From: Octopus sinensis
Taxonomy: Eukaryota
Length of the DNA stretch: 64,000 bases
Assembly: GCF_006345805.1 (NCBI RefSeq)
Contig: NC_043014.1
Span: 27,156,001 to 27,220,000, forward strand
Direction of reading: 5' to 3'
Shown: positions 1 to 39,500 of the stretch, piece by piece
How positions within the stretch are numbered: the first letter of the stretch is position 1
Layout of the letters: every line of letters begins with the position of its first letter
Position numbers and translations under genes: made by a program
The notes under the pieces: generated by a model
What the model saw: only the letters and a program-made list of their open reading frames with translations
Told to the model about the DNA's origin: nothing
Database searches by the model: none

Positions 1-39
1 CGTTTTGCTATGCTGTTATTACTAAGAGCCTCCTCTAAT

Positions 40-405
40 ATGTGGCACTTGATGAAAAATGGAGTTTGATATAGCTACCCTCATTTGCACCTCTTGCCGT
101 GAGGTAGATTCATCTGGGACTCTCGACAGGAGGAGGTCTGCTTTGATTTAAAAAGCTCTACATCTACTTTGTGCAAGTGCCTCAGACTCTTTGGGAGAAT
201 ATTAAAAAGCTGTGGGCCCTTGAAACCCAGGCTGTTGCAATAACTGGTCCTGAACCGTGATGGTGTTGCTGGGATCTTTGGCACTATGCAGTGTTGTCCC
301 GTTCTAGCATTGGTGTAGCTTTTAATGCCAAAATTTGGCATAATTCCTTCCAGGATCTTCCAGATATATATTACTGCATACCTCTCCCGTCTTCTGTCCG
401 GGGAT
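40..405 (-). mobile_element. CR1/L2-type LINE, 3' ORF2 remnant
   Basis: RRRERYAVIYIWKILEG...NSLGFKGPQLFNILP and, after a frameshift, LLSRVPDEP: typical ORF2 C-terminus; truncated at a (TA)n. Confidence 0.65.
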
Positions 406-430
406 GTATATATATATATAAATAATAAAA

Positions 431-600
431 GATGGATAGATGTCAATTCATTACAGCTGTTTCCAATGAATATTTTAATTGATTAATGAGTACATTATAT
501 TTTTGTCAATAAAACTGTTTTCTTCAGACGATATAATGTACTCTTTAATCAATTAAAAAATTCGTTGGAAACAGCTGTAATGAATTGACACCTATCCCTC
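431..600. repeat. Fold-back hairpin, ~70-bp arms and ~30-nt loop
   Basis: tgtcaattcattacagctgtttccaatgaa...gagtacattatat versus atataatgtactc...ttcgttggaaacagctgtaatgaattgaca. Confidence 0.85.
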
Positions 601-859
601 GTTTGTTATTTCTCTATTTATGATTCACCTCTCTTGGAACTGTATATTTAATAAAATGTGTGTTTCTGAATTAGCTGATGATATATTCAGTTAATTGTAT
701 ACATAACCTGAATATCTTTCTGCCTGTACTTTGGTACCTATGTTTCTATTTATCAGTAGCTGCTGTATATGCATTTTAATTCTGAACCAATCCAGTGCGT
801 TGCCATTTAAGTGCCCTATTCACCTAAATCTTAATAAATATGTGTGCATGCGTGTGTGT

Positions 860-2000
860 GTCTGTGTGCCATCCTGTCTGTGTTTGTCTTCCACCACCAC
901 TTGACAAGTAGTGTTAGTTTGTTTACATCCCTGTAACTTAAAAGTTCAGCAAAAGAGAAAAAAAGTGACCGATAGAATAAGAAATACACTTAAAAAATAA
1001 GTACTGGGGTCAATTTATTTCACTAAACCCTTCAAGGTAGTGCTGCAGCATGGCCACAGTATAATGACTGAAACAAGTAAAACATAAAAGATGCCTACAG
1101 TCTATGAATAATGTTTGGTGAAATCGTTTGTATGCCAGATAAAATGCTTAACAGGATTTCATCCGTCTTTATGTTTTAAGTTCAAATTCCACCAAGGCTA
1201 TCTTTGTCTTTCATCCTTTCAGGGTCGATGAAGTATCATTTAAGCACTGGGGTCAATGTAATCGACTAGGCCCCTGCCCCCAAATTTCACGCCTCGTTCT
1301 TCTAATAGAAAGTATTATTTTGTATATTTGATAACTTTATTATTCAGTTCATTGAAGGCAATCAGCTGATAGTATTGTTATTGTGCCAGACAAAATGCTT
1401 AGCAGCAACCAAAAGCCACCAGCTTCAACTTTGCCTTTCATCCTTTCAGGGTTGATGAAATATATACCAGTTAAGCACTGGGGTCAATATAATTGACTAA
1501 CCCTTCCCACCAGAATTTCAGGCCTTGTGCCTATAGTAGAAAGGATTATTTAATTCATTGAATGTTTCATACAATGAAGGGGCAGGTTTTTCGCAAAGAA
1601 ACAATGATTTATCATTCCAGTTTGGATGATAACCAAGGAAACAAGTGTTTAAGGATATAAATTTGAATTTACAATCTGAGGTATGTATGTATGTGTATAC
1701 ATACATGTCTATAATACTTGGTACACACACAGTTATGTATACTCATGTATTGAGTTCTGTTTTTCTGGTTTCTTCCACCAAACCAATGATATATATGCAG
1801 CATATAAGGAAGTGAACTGGCAAAATTGTTAGCATGCCAGGTAAAATGCTTTGTGACATTTCATCTGAGTTCAAATTCTGCAGAGGCCATCTTTGCCTTT
1901 GATCCTTTCAGGGTCAATGAAATAAGTGCCAATTGAGCACAGGGGTTGATCTAATCAACTTGTCCCCTCCCACAAGACTGCTGGTCTTGTGCCAAAACTT
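860..2000 (+). mobile_element. Cluster of SINE copies (about 860-1090, 1110-1310, 1370-1540, 1815-2000)
   Basis: Recurrent ...gttcaaattc...ttgcctttcatcctttcagggtcgatgaa...agcactggggtcaatgtaatcgact... body. Further copies at about 8150-8300(-), 13380-13740(-), 14100-14320, 26680-26870, 29780-29990(-), 30620-30830, 47745-47950(-), 61490-61945(-). Confidence 0.75.
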
Positions 2001-2792
2001 GAACCAGTATATATGTAACATATACAACACACGCACACACATATATGCATAAACACACACAGATGGTGCATGAGAAGTCTAAAGTCTGAGATTGAAGTGT
2101 GAGACATCTCACCTCAATAATACCTCAGGAGAAGCTGCTGAATAACCATCTTTTCATAATAACAAATATATATATCTATGTACGTATGTGTAATTGTATG
2201 TATGTATATGTGTATGCATACATGTATGTATGTATGTATACATGCATGTTTTTATGTATGTGTGTGTGCATGCACGTGTGTACCGGCCCTCAATACAGGT
2301 AAGGTTTATAGTATGTGTAGGCATGGCTGTATGGGGCAAGCTTTTGTTATTAGTAGACGATGTCATTCATCTACACAATGTTCTCTCATAACAAACATAC
2401 AGAGGTTGAGGGAGAGGGTGAATGGTGTCGACTACTAATACCAAAAGACTACTGATGCCCTATATAACAGAAATTTACTTCCCAATGACATGCTTTTGAG
2501 CCTTTCTGCCTGGCAACTTGTCTTTTATTGAGTGAATATGGTAAGAGGAAAACTACAGAAGCACACCTTGTGTTTGTGTGTGTGTATGCGTGCTCATGCT
2601 TTCTTGTTTCGACATCATGTGATAATTGCACACGAGTGTCACTGTTACACTAGTATCATTCGTTTCCAACCATCCATGAAAACACTTCTGCTGTTGCCAC
2701 CAATTGTGTTAAATTCACCCAAAATCAAAAGAAGAAACAAACAAAACGCTCATCTTTCATGTCTAACCAGAGTTATTTCCCTTGTGTTGCAG

Positions 2793-29087
<26,295 letters not shown>

Positions 29088-29246
29088 GCTACTTACCTAT
29101 TCTATTACTAATTGTTAACAGAAACTCTCTCTCTCCCTCCCCCCACTCTCTCTCTCTGGTTATCTATCTAATTTTCTGTCTCTCATATATCTACATATAT
29201 AACTATCTGTACCCATCTTTTTCTCTCTCATGTATGTATACATTAC

Positions 29247-29306
<60 letters not shown>

Positions 29307-29415
29307 TATATACATATATATATATTACTGTCTGTTAATCTATTTGCCTATCCTAACTATCAATCTCTCCCTCTCTTTCTCTATCCTCACCTCTCTCTCT
29401 ATATGTATATATATT

Positions 29416-29465
<50 letters not shown>

Positions 29466-29530
29466 GCAAATATATATCTTGTTTGTTTTTTTCAATTTGT
29501 TCTTTGTTTTTTTTTCTTAAGAAAAATATG

Positions 29531-29536
29531 AATAAA
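29531..29536 (+). terminator. Candidate polyadenylation signal (AATAAA) of NCKIPSD
   Basis: First AATAAA I found downstream of the stop (~440 nt), followed by U-rich sequence; the region is AT-rich, so a chance match is possible. Confidence 0.35.
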
Positions 29537-31671
29537 AATCTGAAAAAAAAGAAAAAAAGTTAATTCATCATTAGTTATATTTTTTTTCTTTTTACAGTCA
29601 ATTCTGCATTACATAATTTGTTTAATTAAACAGTTAAAAAAAAAGCATTTAGTGTCAAATCTGTGTGGAATTGATCAGGGCAAATTATGTCAGTTTCAAT
29701 CAGCTGCATAAGTTTTTTTTTCAGCCTTTGAAGCAGTGCAACTAAGCAGAATGACAAAATTTAATGTATTTATATATTGGTTTCAAATTTTGGCACAAGG
29801 CCAGCACTTTTGAGGAAGGGTCTCGATTAATTACATTGGTCCCAGTGCTCAACTGGTACTTGTTTTATCATCCCCAAAAGGATGAAAGGCAAAATCAATC
29901 CCAGCAGCATTTGAACCTAGAACTTAAGGACAAACAAAATGCTGCCAAGCATTTTGCCCAGCATGTTAATGAGTCTGCTACCTTGTCACTTTAACATGTT
30001 TATATATTGGCAGGGAAGAAATAAAGCAAAAGTATTGAAATTAACTTGTTTGTCATAAGGTTTGTAGATTGGCAGTCATTAGAACATTAGACAAAATGCT
30101 TTGTGACATTTGTTCTCACTGTCAATGTTTGGAGTTCAAAATCCTTTCTGGTCAATAAAACAAATACCAATTCAAGGCAGTAGCTTGACAGATCTGATGC
30201 CTTGCTGTATTTTATTCCAGTTTTTGTATTCTGTGTTCAAATTTTTCCATGGTCTGTTTAGGTGGTAGACTTAATCCTTTGTCTGGTTTAACTCCACCAT
30301 GCATTTGGCACTTAGGCTGCCTTTAGTGGAACCTATTCTATTGCATGCATTCAGGTCAGATCTGTGGTTTGAGGCTACTTTCCCTTCTAGAGGCCCTATA
30401 ACAGATCATGAACCCTACCTTTTCATCTAACTAGATGATAAAATTAAAAAACTGAACTTATTTGTCTAAAACACATCAATAATTATGCAGGTGTTGTGGT
30501 GTTGAGCATGTGTGGAAAGCTGCTGTTGAACACACATGACAATATTAAAAAACTAGTGAAAGAAAAGAAACCTTGTGAAGTTTATGGTTTGATGTCATTA
30601 TTTTAGAAATTTTAAGGCAGTGAGCTGGCAGATTCATTACCATGTTGGGAAAAATGCTTAAGCAACATTTCTTCCAACTTTACGCTCTGAATTTTAATGC
30701 CACTAGGATTGACTTTTCCTTTCATACTTTTTGGGTCAATAAAATAAGTACTAGATGATCACTGGGGTTGATGTAATTGACTTACCTCTCACCCTGAAAT
30801 TACTGGCTTTGGGCCCAAAATTTGAAGCAATTATTGTTAGTAATTTCCAACATAGGCACTAGGTCATCAAGTTGTTGGGGAAGTTAGTCAATGAAATCGC
30901 CCCACCCTACCTACTTATTCATCCGCCATACTTGTCAGGTACTTTTTTACTAGTCAAAGGATGATTTAAATTCAGAAAGTAAAAATGTGGAACAAATACT
31001 GCAAATGTTTTTTGTCTGACACCCTGATTCTGCTAATCCACCATTCACAACAAAACAACTGTTTCTAACCTAAGTGCAAGGACACAAATTTGGTGGGAGG
31101 AGCTTAGTGGTTTCCATAGATCCTAAAGTCGACCCCAAAGAAATGCTGTTGAACATATTTGTTCAGTGTGCTTATAATTCTGCCAGCTAGCTGCTTTTCA
31201 GTAATAGTTTCAGGTTTAGGGATAAGGCCAATAATTTTAAAGGACAGAGTTCACTAATGCCATGATCCCAGTACTTGAATGGTCCCTTTTTGTTTTTTAA
31301 TCCCAAAAGGATGAACGGCAAAGTTGACCTCAGCTTTAAAAGGTCAACCTACCATCTTAAAGAGAGGGGGATGGCACCATACTAAGATATATGTTTCTAA
31401 CAGTTTATGCAGAAATCTTACGTTGCACAGTTTTTCTGTGACTAAAGTATGCGCACACTAAATCTAAGTACTTTATTTTTGAAAGCAAGAAATTATTCAT
31501 GTGTACATTAATTTCATATGTGCGCTGGTAACGAAATATTGGCATAAAACGAGACGTTTAAAAAGGGAGGTCACTCAAAAAGAAAGGGAGAGTACTCAAC
31601 AGTAGGATTTTTTTGTTAACTATGTGTGATATCTGCACTTGTTGGGTGCTTCACACATTTCCCTACAATGC

Positions 31672-32056
31672 TGTAGAAAGGAATAAAACGACAGGAACGC
31701 GAATCGCTGAACAAATAATAATAATAGTTTATTATTTTCACAGAAGGAGATACTTTATCGCTGGTCATCTGTAGCGTGAACGCCAGGGTTAGGAAAACAG
31801 CAAAGTCGGATTAAATCACCATGGTTAAAATAGTCTTCACTGCCCGCCGAGTCTGGTTCGCTTGGAGCTCGGAGCCTTGGGACACGTCTTAATTCATCGA
31901 CTGCCAAGAGGCTTGGAATAGCGGGAAAAGCTAACTGCTCCTGATTACTGCGCATGCGCATCAGGGGACTTCCGGCAGGCCTACCGGAAGACACCAAACA
32001 TTGCACATGCGCAGATGGACATCCCAAAATGGCGTCTAAGACCTGGCGTCACTACA
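31672..32056 (-). repeat. 3' LTR of Gypsy element A
   Basis: Minus strand starts TGTAGTGACG after the PPT and ends TTTCTACA, with AATAAA near 31730; an alternative end at 31770 is possible. Confidence 0.7.
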
Positions 32057-35000
32057 AGGCTCCCCTTTGAGTGCGGAGCACGGGAATGTAAAGATTGTAG
32101 TAGCACCAGAAACAAGATGGCTACCGATCACCCACAGATGAGGCACAAAATATGACAACTCAAGAAAAATTGTAATTACAATAAAAATGAGCATGCAAAA
32201 GAAAACAAAACCTTTTTTCAAAAAAATGTTCAATAACAAAACATTGCAATGTCCAATACTCAAGAGAACACCTGTTTGTCACAGGAAACAATGGAGAATG
32301 TCAAATGTAAATAGTTTTTGCAAGTGTCTTAGGTCAGTGAACAGTTCGGCCAGTCCTGGTAACATAGGGTTTGATCGAGGACAACGAAGGTGGTTTTGTC
32401 AGAGGTGCATGTGTAGGTGACGGTGTTGACAAAGGTGCACGTGTAGGTTCAAAGGTGGGCGTGGCAGCGGTGTCATCGAAAGATGTGGACACCTCAGAAT
32501 ATGCTCGTTTAAGTCTACAGAAACGGTCTCCGAGCGACTATTCACATCGATTGTGAAAACTTTGAGTGTGCGAGAAGCACACGAAAAGGTCTTCTGTAAG
32601 GAGAAATAAGAGGTCCTTTGACAGAGTCATCTCTAATAAAAACATGCGACCAAGAGTCAATATCTGACGGGACATGAGAGGGTGGAGATTGGTCCCGGGA
32701 ACCCATGGGAGGAAGATTAGAAAAATAGGTGTGACGTATGACGCCTGCAAACTGGCGCCCACGATCAGTAGTTAATCTAGACGGAACTCCGAAACGGGAA
32801 ATCCAGTTAGAGACAAAAGCTTGAGCCACAGATTCAGCAGAAATGTCTGCTATTGGAATGGCTTCCGGCCAACGGGAGAAACGATCGATACAAGTCAAAA
32901 TGTAAGAGAACCCGCACGACTCAGGCCATGGTCCAACCAAGTCAATGTGGACATGGCGAAAACGGACCTCCAGAGGAGAAAACTGTCCAAGCGGAGCACG
33001 AATGTGCCGCTGGACCTTGGAGTGTTGGCACTGGGAGCAACTACGTGTCTAAGAGGTAATCGTGCGACGCATATTCGGCCAGAAAAACCGAGCAGTGATA
33101 AGCTTAAGTGTGGCAGCGATGCCCGGATGCAACAAGGAGTGCATGGCCTCAAACACTGAGCATCGGTGATTCTCAGGCACCAGTGGCCTAGGAGAACCAG
33201 TAGAAGTATCACAAAGAATTGTTCCTTCAGCCGATGGAAGCGGAAAATATGCAAATTGGCAACAAGAAAACCTTGGCGAAGTTAAATCTAACGTCGCCAG
33301 GCCCTGCGAAATGGTAGTCAAGTTGATTTCAGCAGGTGATGAAAGGGAACAGACTGGAAGACGAGAAAGAACGTCAGCAGGAACGTTCTCTTTTCCAGGC
33401 TTGTGAGGAATGTCACTGGTAAATTGTGAAATAAAAGCCAGGTGACGGAAGGCACGAGGCGAGAGATTGTCCGTCTTAGACGATAGGGCAAACGCAAGAG
33501 TATAGATCACAAAATCTCGCCCTTCGAGTTGATCCTGAAAATGACGAAGTGACAGGTAGATCGCCAAAAGTTCACGATCAAAAGTGCTGTACTGCCGCTC
33601 AGCCGGTTGTAACTGGCGAGAGAAGAAAGCTAGAGGTCGAGTTTGATCGTCCACTGTGTGTTGCAGCACCACGCCGACCGCAGTGTCCGATGCATCCACT
33701 GTTAACGAGAGTGAAGCATCGGGAACCGGATGTGCTAGCAACGGGACAGAAATTAATTCCTTCTTGATGGACTCGAAAGCAGATAATGCTTTAGCAGAGA
33801 GGATGAGTGGACCGTCCTATTTAGAGGTGTCCTTTAACAGCTGAATCAGAGGAAGTAGCTTATCCGCGCACCCGGGTATAAAACGTCGATAGAAATTAAC
33901 CATGCTGAGATAATGTCTCAACGGACGCAAGGAAGAAGGAGGTGCGATGCGTTGAATGGCACCGACTTTTGACGACAGAGGTCTGATTCCATTCGAATCA
34001 ATATGATGACCTAGAAAATCTAGAGAAGATTGTCCGAAAACACACTTGTTGGGATTTATGCGTACACTATAGGCACGAAGACGCTGAAAGAGCTGAGACA
34101 AATGCCGGAGATGATTTTCACGGGTGTCGCTCGCAATGAGTATATCATCAACATAAGCAAACACAAAATCAAGACCGCGGACATCTTCATCAATGAAACC
34201 TGGAACGTGCTGGTAGCGTTCTGCAAACCAAAGCTCATAAAGAGAAATTCAAAGCACCTAAAAGGAGTGGTAATAGCAGTCTTCGGAACATTGGCCGGGT
34301 TGGCCGGTATCTGGAGATAAGCCCGAATCAGGTCAACTTTTGAAAAAATGTTACAGCCATGAAGATTCGCCGAAAAATCCTGAAGATTTCTTATTGCGTA
34401 GCGATCTGGTATCTTTACTATATTGAAGCGTCGATAATCTCTTACCGGGCGAAAATCAGACTCCCCCTTTCGCGCGAAGTGAAGGGGAGACGCCCATGGG
34501 CTGGTGGAGGGGCGTATCAGGCCAAGTTAGAGCATGTGATCAAACTCGGCCGTAGCCGTTTTGAGACGGTCAGGCGCAAGACGCCGTGGGCGCGAAAAAA
34601 CAGGCGGCCCAGTGGTAGTGATTAAAGGAAGAGTCGAGCGGGCAGGCTTTGCCGGCTGAAAAGTAATGTCCACTAGCTCCAGAAATGAAGCCAAAAGAGA
34701 ATGAAAAGCATCTCCAGAGGTGGCAACAAAAAATGTCGGGCTAAGAACCGCATTGGTAGAACCTCTAGTCGGCGTGGAGAACGACGTGGTACCGTCGAGA
34801 AGCCTCCGGCACTTGACATCTACCAATAGATTAAAATGATCCAAGAAATCATCACCGAGAATAGGATGCGGTATGTCAGCGACGACAAAAACCCATTGAA
34901 AATCTCGACGAAGATTAATATCGAGGCGTAGAGAAACCTGACCAAAAGTAGCTTTGGGAGACGAGTCAATGGCGTGCAAAACAATGGAAGAACGCTTAGG

Positions 35001-35345
35001 CTTGTCTGCAGTGAGACGAAGAGGCTAAATGCTACAACAAGAACCAGTGTCTACCATGAAGAATTTCTTCGACACCAGATCTTTGACAAATAATGCATGA
35101 TAAGTAGGACAAGAAAAGGAGGAAGGTGCCGTGCCTATCTCCTCCGAGCCTAGTTTACCGAAAGTTTAAAACTGCACGGCTGGATGCACTTGTGTGTTTT
35201 ATCAGCAAATAGCCCGGAACGTGGCCTAGAGGCACGAGAGGCAGAGCGACCCCGACTACGCGAAAGACGCCTATTTTCCCGGCATAGCTCGTCCATACGT
35301 CGTGTCAGCGCGTCTAGTCTGTTTGAAATTCTATAGAATTTCTTG
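31672..35345 (-). mobile_element. Gypsy/Ty3 LTR retrotransposon A, 5'-truncated and frameshifted (gag end, PR, RT, RH, IN, PPT, 3' LTR)
   Basis: HKCIQPCSF gag end (CsRn1-like, tentative); protease VDTGS ~35045; FAYVDDILIAS; DASDTAVGVVLQ; integrase GPWPES...[12 protein letters not shown]...TTDRGRQF; purine tract aaaggggagcc abutting the LTR. Confidence 0.92.
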
Positions 35346-37126
35346 CCAGCACTGATTTTTGCTACAGCGTTTCGTATCGAGACGTCAGATGTAAATAGAC
35401 AATGTGATCAAAGACAAAAGTGGGTAATAAGTGTATATACCATATTTCGGGGGTTGTTGTCCCTTCTTCAACAATCATTTAACCCACTATTGTCTCCGAA
35501 CGCATTGCTTACATAGAAATAGCTTTGACAAAATAATGTAAAAAGCACTATTGACGTGTAGTGATCCTGTACAGCGGCGCGCGCGCGCACCGTCCATTCC
35601 TGTTTCGCGCGTGCGGGTTGGTGCTTTCACCACCGGAAGTAGGACCATTTGCCTACGTGGAAGTTAGCCGAGGCAAGGGGATGGTAGAACGTTTGACCAC
35701 TAGCAGCAGTCAGCAGCGACTTGAGACATGGCTATCGAAGGTACAACACGTATATTCTCTCTGTCCGAATTTGATAGCAGTCGGCTGAAGACTTTTAACC
35801 AAATTGTTGCAGACTACATCATCTTCCTTTCTCCGGACGCCATCTTTGACAAGTGTCATTTTGCATTTGAACACTTTCTTATTTTACAGCGATAAGGTTC
35901 AGCTGAGACACATCTATACCAAAGGGATACCATATACACCAATTATCTGTTACCACATAAGAGAATAAAGTAGATATATATTATTTACGTCGGCGTCTTT
36001 TTGTTTCTGACTGGTAGAGAATCTGGATATTAAAGCAACGGAAAGTGATTGCTTCTCGCACCCCCAAAAGGTCCAGAGAAGATATTCACACGTTCGTTAC
36101 AGACGCAATAGAACGTAGTACTAACTTAAGAAAACATTTAGTATACCTTATAGTATATTGTGTTTGCACGTACCTACAGATCTTCTATCGTTTCTCTCTC
36201 CCTTGTATTTATAGTTTTCGTGCGAACGTAGCAGAAAACGATTGGCTTCAAAGGGCAGTTGTAACCATTGCTCCGACTGTTAGTTTTTAGGCGCAAAATT
36301 GTTCCCGAAACAATTGCCCCCAAATTACTCCGTAAACCAATCAGACCCACTAAAATGGATCACATGTTATTTTGGCGGGACAATCTTTGCACATATCGTG
36401 GAACCTACCATTTGCTTTTAAAGAGGATCATAATTTGCTCCGAAAGCAGTCCAGCCTGGGTTGCCACCAGGAAGCTCTGACTCACGACACAATACTGTTT
36501 TCGTCGTCTACGCCACTACAACTCTACTGCATCTTAGTTGCCTTCCCGCACACGTTAATTTCACTAAGCTAACATTACTTTTAACGTCCTTTCAGAAACC
36601 TTCATGGACATTAAACTTAGTTTAATATCGTTTAGTATTCGTGTGGAATTATGCAGCAACCTTTTACTCTCGTTATAGAACATTTGTCAATGTATGTATT
36701 ACCAGCTCTTTTGTATAAAAGTTTTGCTATCCTTCTCTATCTCTCCTCACAGACATGTATTGTCTAACAAATCGTTTTCTTAAATTTCATACCTTTCCTG
36801 TTCAATAAACACTGAGTTAAACTTGGAAAACTGTTATTTTACTCCTTTCGTTTTTGATGTTTATTTTAGTGGGGTTATCACCTAAACTAATTGGATTTCC
36901 TCTGCAAAAATTGATGACTAGTCTGATAACTCACTCTAAACCGCTATATGCGGTGTGTATATAAGCAATGTGTTCGGAGGCAAGAGTGGGTTAGATGAGT
37001 GCTGAAGAATGGGCAACAACCCCCGAAATATGACATATACATTCATTACCCATTTTTGTCTTCGATCACATTGTCTGTTTGCATCTGACGTCTCGATATG
37101 AAATGTAGCAAATATCAGTGCGTGGG
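35346..37126. mobile_element. Non-coding element with ~180-200-bp terminal inverted repeats, interrupted by a solo LTR
   Basis: 35346-~35520 is the reverse complement of ~36950-37126 (gcactgatttttgctacag...gagacgtcagatg...ttcgggggttgttg...ctccgaac). Confidence 0.7.
35557..36101 (+). mobile_element. Solo LTR (545 bp) with 4-bp TSD GACG
   Basis: gacg|TGTAGTGATCC...AATAAA...GTTCGTTACA|gacg; homologous to 39737-40344. Confidence 0.88.
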
Positions 37127-37139
37127 AAAATAAAAAGAG

Positions 37140-39500
37140 GTTCACCTACTTTCTTCTCGTCGACTCCTGTCTAGCAGTAATCTCTTCGACGATCCTACCC
37201 TACCCCTGTCACCCAGTATAAGCAACTGTCATATGACCAAACCCTGGAGCGAATCCACTAACGCCCGTCCACGATACCTCCGACAGGGCAAAAGAGGCCG
37301 ACGCTCGCCCCTCTTCCCCCACTTGCTTCCCCTCTCACGCTTCCTCTTCACGACAGCCCCTTGACCATTGACGTCACGACTCTCTTCCGGCTCATCCCCA
37401 CATGCCCCCCCCCCACCGAACTCAAAGATCACCTCCTCATTTCGCTCCATGTCGAAATCTACCATCCATCATTGCACGTTGTGATCTTCTTCAGCTGGGA
37501 ACCTCGTTCTCTTCCTCTTTTCCACAATCATCATCCGACGAAGTGACAATCCTACGAACATCTAAGACGCGACGCGGCATTCTCCCACCTTCTCTCTCCA
37601 GCCAGTTCCCCTCTTTTGCTCGTCTCTTGGTGTAACTGCATGCCGTACGCAGCCACCCCGCAACCGAGTAGTGACTGCATGCCGTACGCAGCCACCCCAC
37701 AACCGAGTAGTGACTGCATGGCGTATGCAGACATCCCGCAACCGAGTAGTAACTGCATCCTGTACGCAGCCACCCCGCAACCGAGTAGTGACTGCATATC
37801 GTACGCAGCCACCCCGCAACCGAGTAGTAACTGCATCCCGTACGCAGCCACCCCGCAACCGAGTAGTGACTAATTCATTTCCCGCACATCGAGAACAGTT
37901 CTCTCCTGTTGACGTTGTTACACAGCTCCGGGATCTCATTCCCCCTCCGAAACATCAGCACGCCTTCTGTGTCTCTTAGAAGCTTCAGCCCCATTGCAGC
38001 ACCTCCAGCCATTGGCTCCGGTGGCTTCGCAATCTGGCCGAATTTTTTCAGATGTCTCACAACATCTGTGGTAAGCACTCCAGTCCCGTCCACTAAGATG
38101 TCATCTATATCGGAATTGGTAACCCTTCTTACCCTATCCACATTTCCCAGGATAGATGTGAGCACTGTCGCCATGATCTTCGGCGCAGAATTCAGCCCGA
38201 AACCCAGCCTTATCAGGCGATATGTCTGGCCCTTGTATCGCACCAGCTGATATTACCACAGTTTGTTGCTCATATGGAGCTGCAAATTTGCCGACTTCAA
38301 GTCGACAATCGTCGCTGCCTTAGTCGACTGTCTCCATACGCGCAGCGTTTCATCGCAGACGTCAGTTGCCTCGCTACCCGTGTGGCACAATACATGGCCA
38401 TTCATCTTCTGAAAGTCCAGCACCGGTCTGACTTTGCCCTTTGTAAGCTGCACCACTGCCATTAGAGGTAGCACTCCGCTCACCACCTCATCCTTCCACA
38501 GGATAAGGACACTTTCCTTAACCCACCTCTCTACCTCTTCTCCAAACTCATTCCTAGCATATCTTTTCAGGGTATGCTGGTAGCAGCTCACCCTGTTCTA
38601 CAGCATCGGGGGCTCCTTTTTCCAGCCCCACTCCATCGTCTACCGTTGACCATCGAACACCGCCCGAAAATCCTTGTCTTCAATGGTGTAGTTAGTGCAG
38701 CCCCTCGCGAAGTTCTGCTCCCTCTCATATTTCTGATTCTTGGCGCATGACACCTCCACGCCACCAAACAAAACCATGTCCCCTCCAACACTGACACCTC
38801 CAAGGCGGTTGATCGCGTACATTCCCATTACCACATCAATTCCCTCTACCACGTGGTCGATCACGATCGCACGCAGCCGCAGATTTGTGCATCGCACTGC
38901 TATCTCCACGTCGCTGCTACCCGTACATTCGATTTCGCTGCCGTCGACCGCCCGAATACTACACGTTCCGTTCCATTTCTTTGTCACCCTCGGGGTCACG
39001 AGAAACGTCGCGCAGCCCGTATCCACAAGGGCCTCGAACTCTTTCCCCCGACCACGACGTCAACTACGGGCAGAAACTGCACAAGCGCCTCTACTTGTTC
39101 GTGAGGGAAGTTTGAGAGACAGCAACTTCCCGTAGTCTTTTCCCTGGCCGCAGTTTCGGACGATATGCCCAGTCTGTTTGCACCGGTAGCAAACGGGTCC
39201 AGGTTCCGCGCAGGCCTTCGCCATATGCAGTCCCTGGCACTTAAAACACCGGCCTGTGAACGGTCGCTGTCGTTCCACGGCAGGTTTCTTTTCGTCTTTC
39301 ACAGGCTGTCGCGGGCTTCCGGAACCGCCATCACCACTACTTTCTGCCCGGTGTTTGTGTCAACATGCGGGCTTGAACGATGAACTCGTTCATTGCCAAT
39401 TTTTTGCCGCCTGGCAATTGCTGTAGCCGAGGCCAAAGCGATAAGAATCGACAGTATAGTAGCGGTTGTAGCCACTCATAATAAGAAAGAGTACGAGTGG
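37140..39500 (-). mobile_element. Gypsy LTR retrotransposon B, internally deleted (gag zinc knuckles, PR, RT, integrase tip)
   Basis: CFKCQGLHMAKAC...CYRCKQTGHIVRNC; EALVDTGC; VRPVLDF...VDLKSA...LGFGLNSAP...DIDDILV; RNase H and integrase core absent; ends GGRMPRRVLDVR. Confidence 0.88.
37636..37869. repeat. Six contiguous 39-bp tandem units inside Gypsy B pol
   Basis: ctgcatgccgtacgcagccaccccgcaaccgagtagtga x6; the minus-strand frame reads (HYSVAGWLRTACS)n. Confidence 0.92.

Noticed and set aside
1-2792. Search for further upstream NCKIPSD exons (SH3, proline-rich, DDSQQRSW-like block)
   Set aside because: No convincing exon found; the region is LINE, SINE and microsatellite, so the 5' part is assumed to lie outside the window.
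32542-34979. Gypsy pol ORF fragments as a possible domesticated gene
   Set aside because: Multiple stops and frameshifts, with PPT and LTR still attached: an ordinary decayed retrotransposon.
35561-35788. ORF with a gag-like ring (RLTTSSSQQRLETWL)
   Set aside because: It lies wholly inside a TSD-bounded solo LTR and is not preserved as an equivalent frame in the second copy.
37636-37869. Regular 39-bp repeats that could be mistaken for a CRISPR array
   Set aside because: The units are contiguous with no unique spacers, the context is eukaryotic, no cas genes are present, and the unit is Gypsy pol coding sequence.
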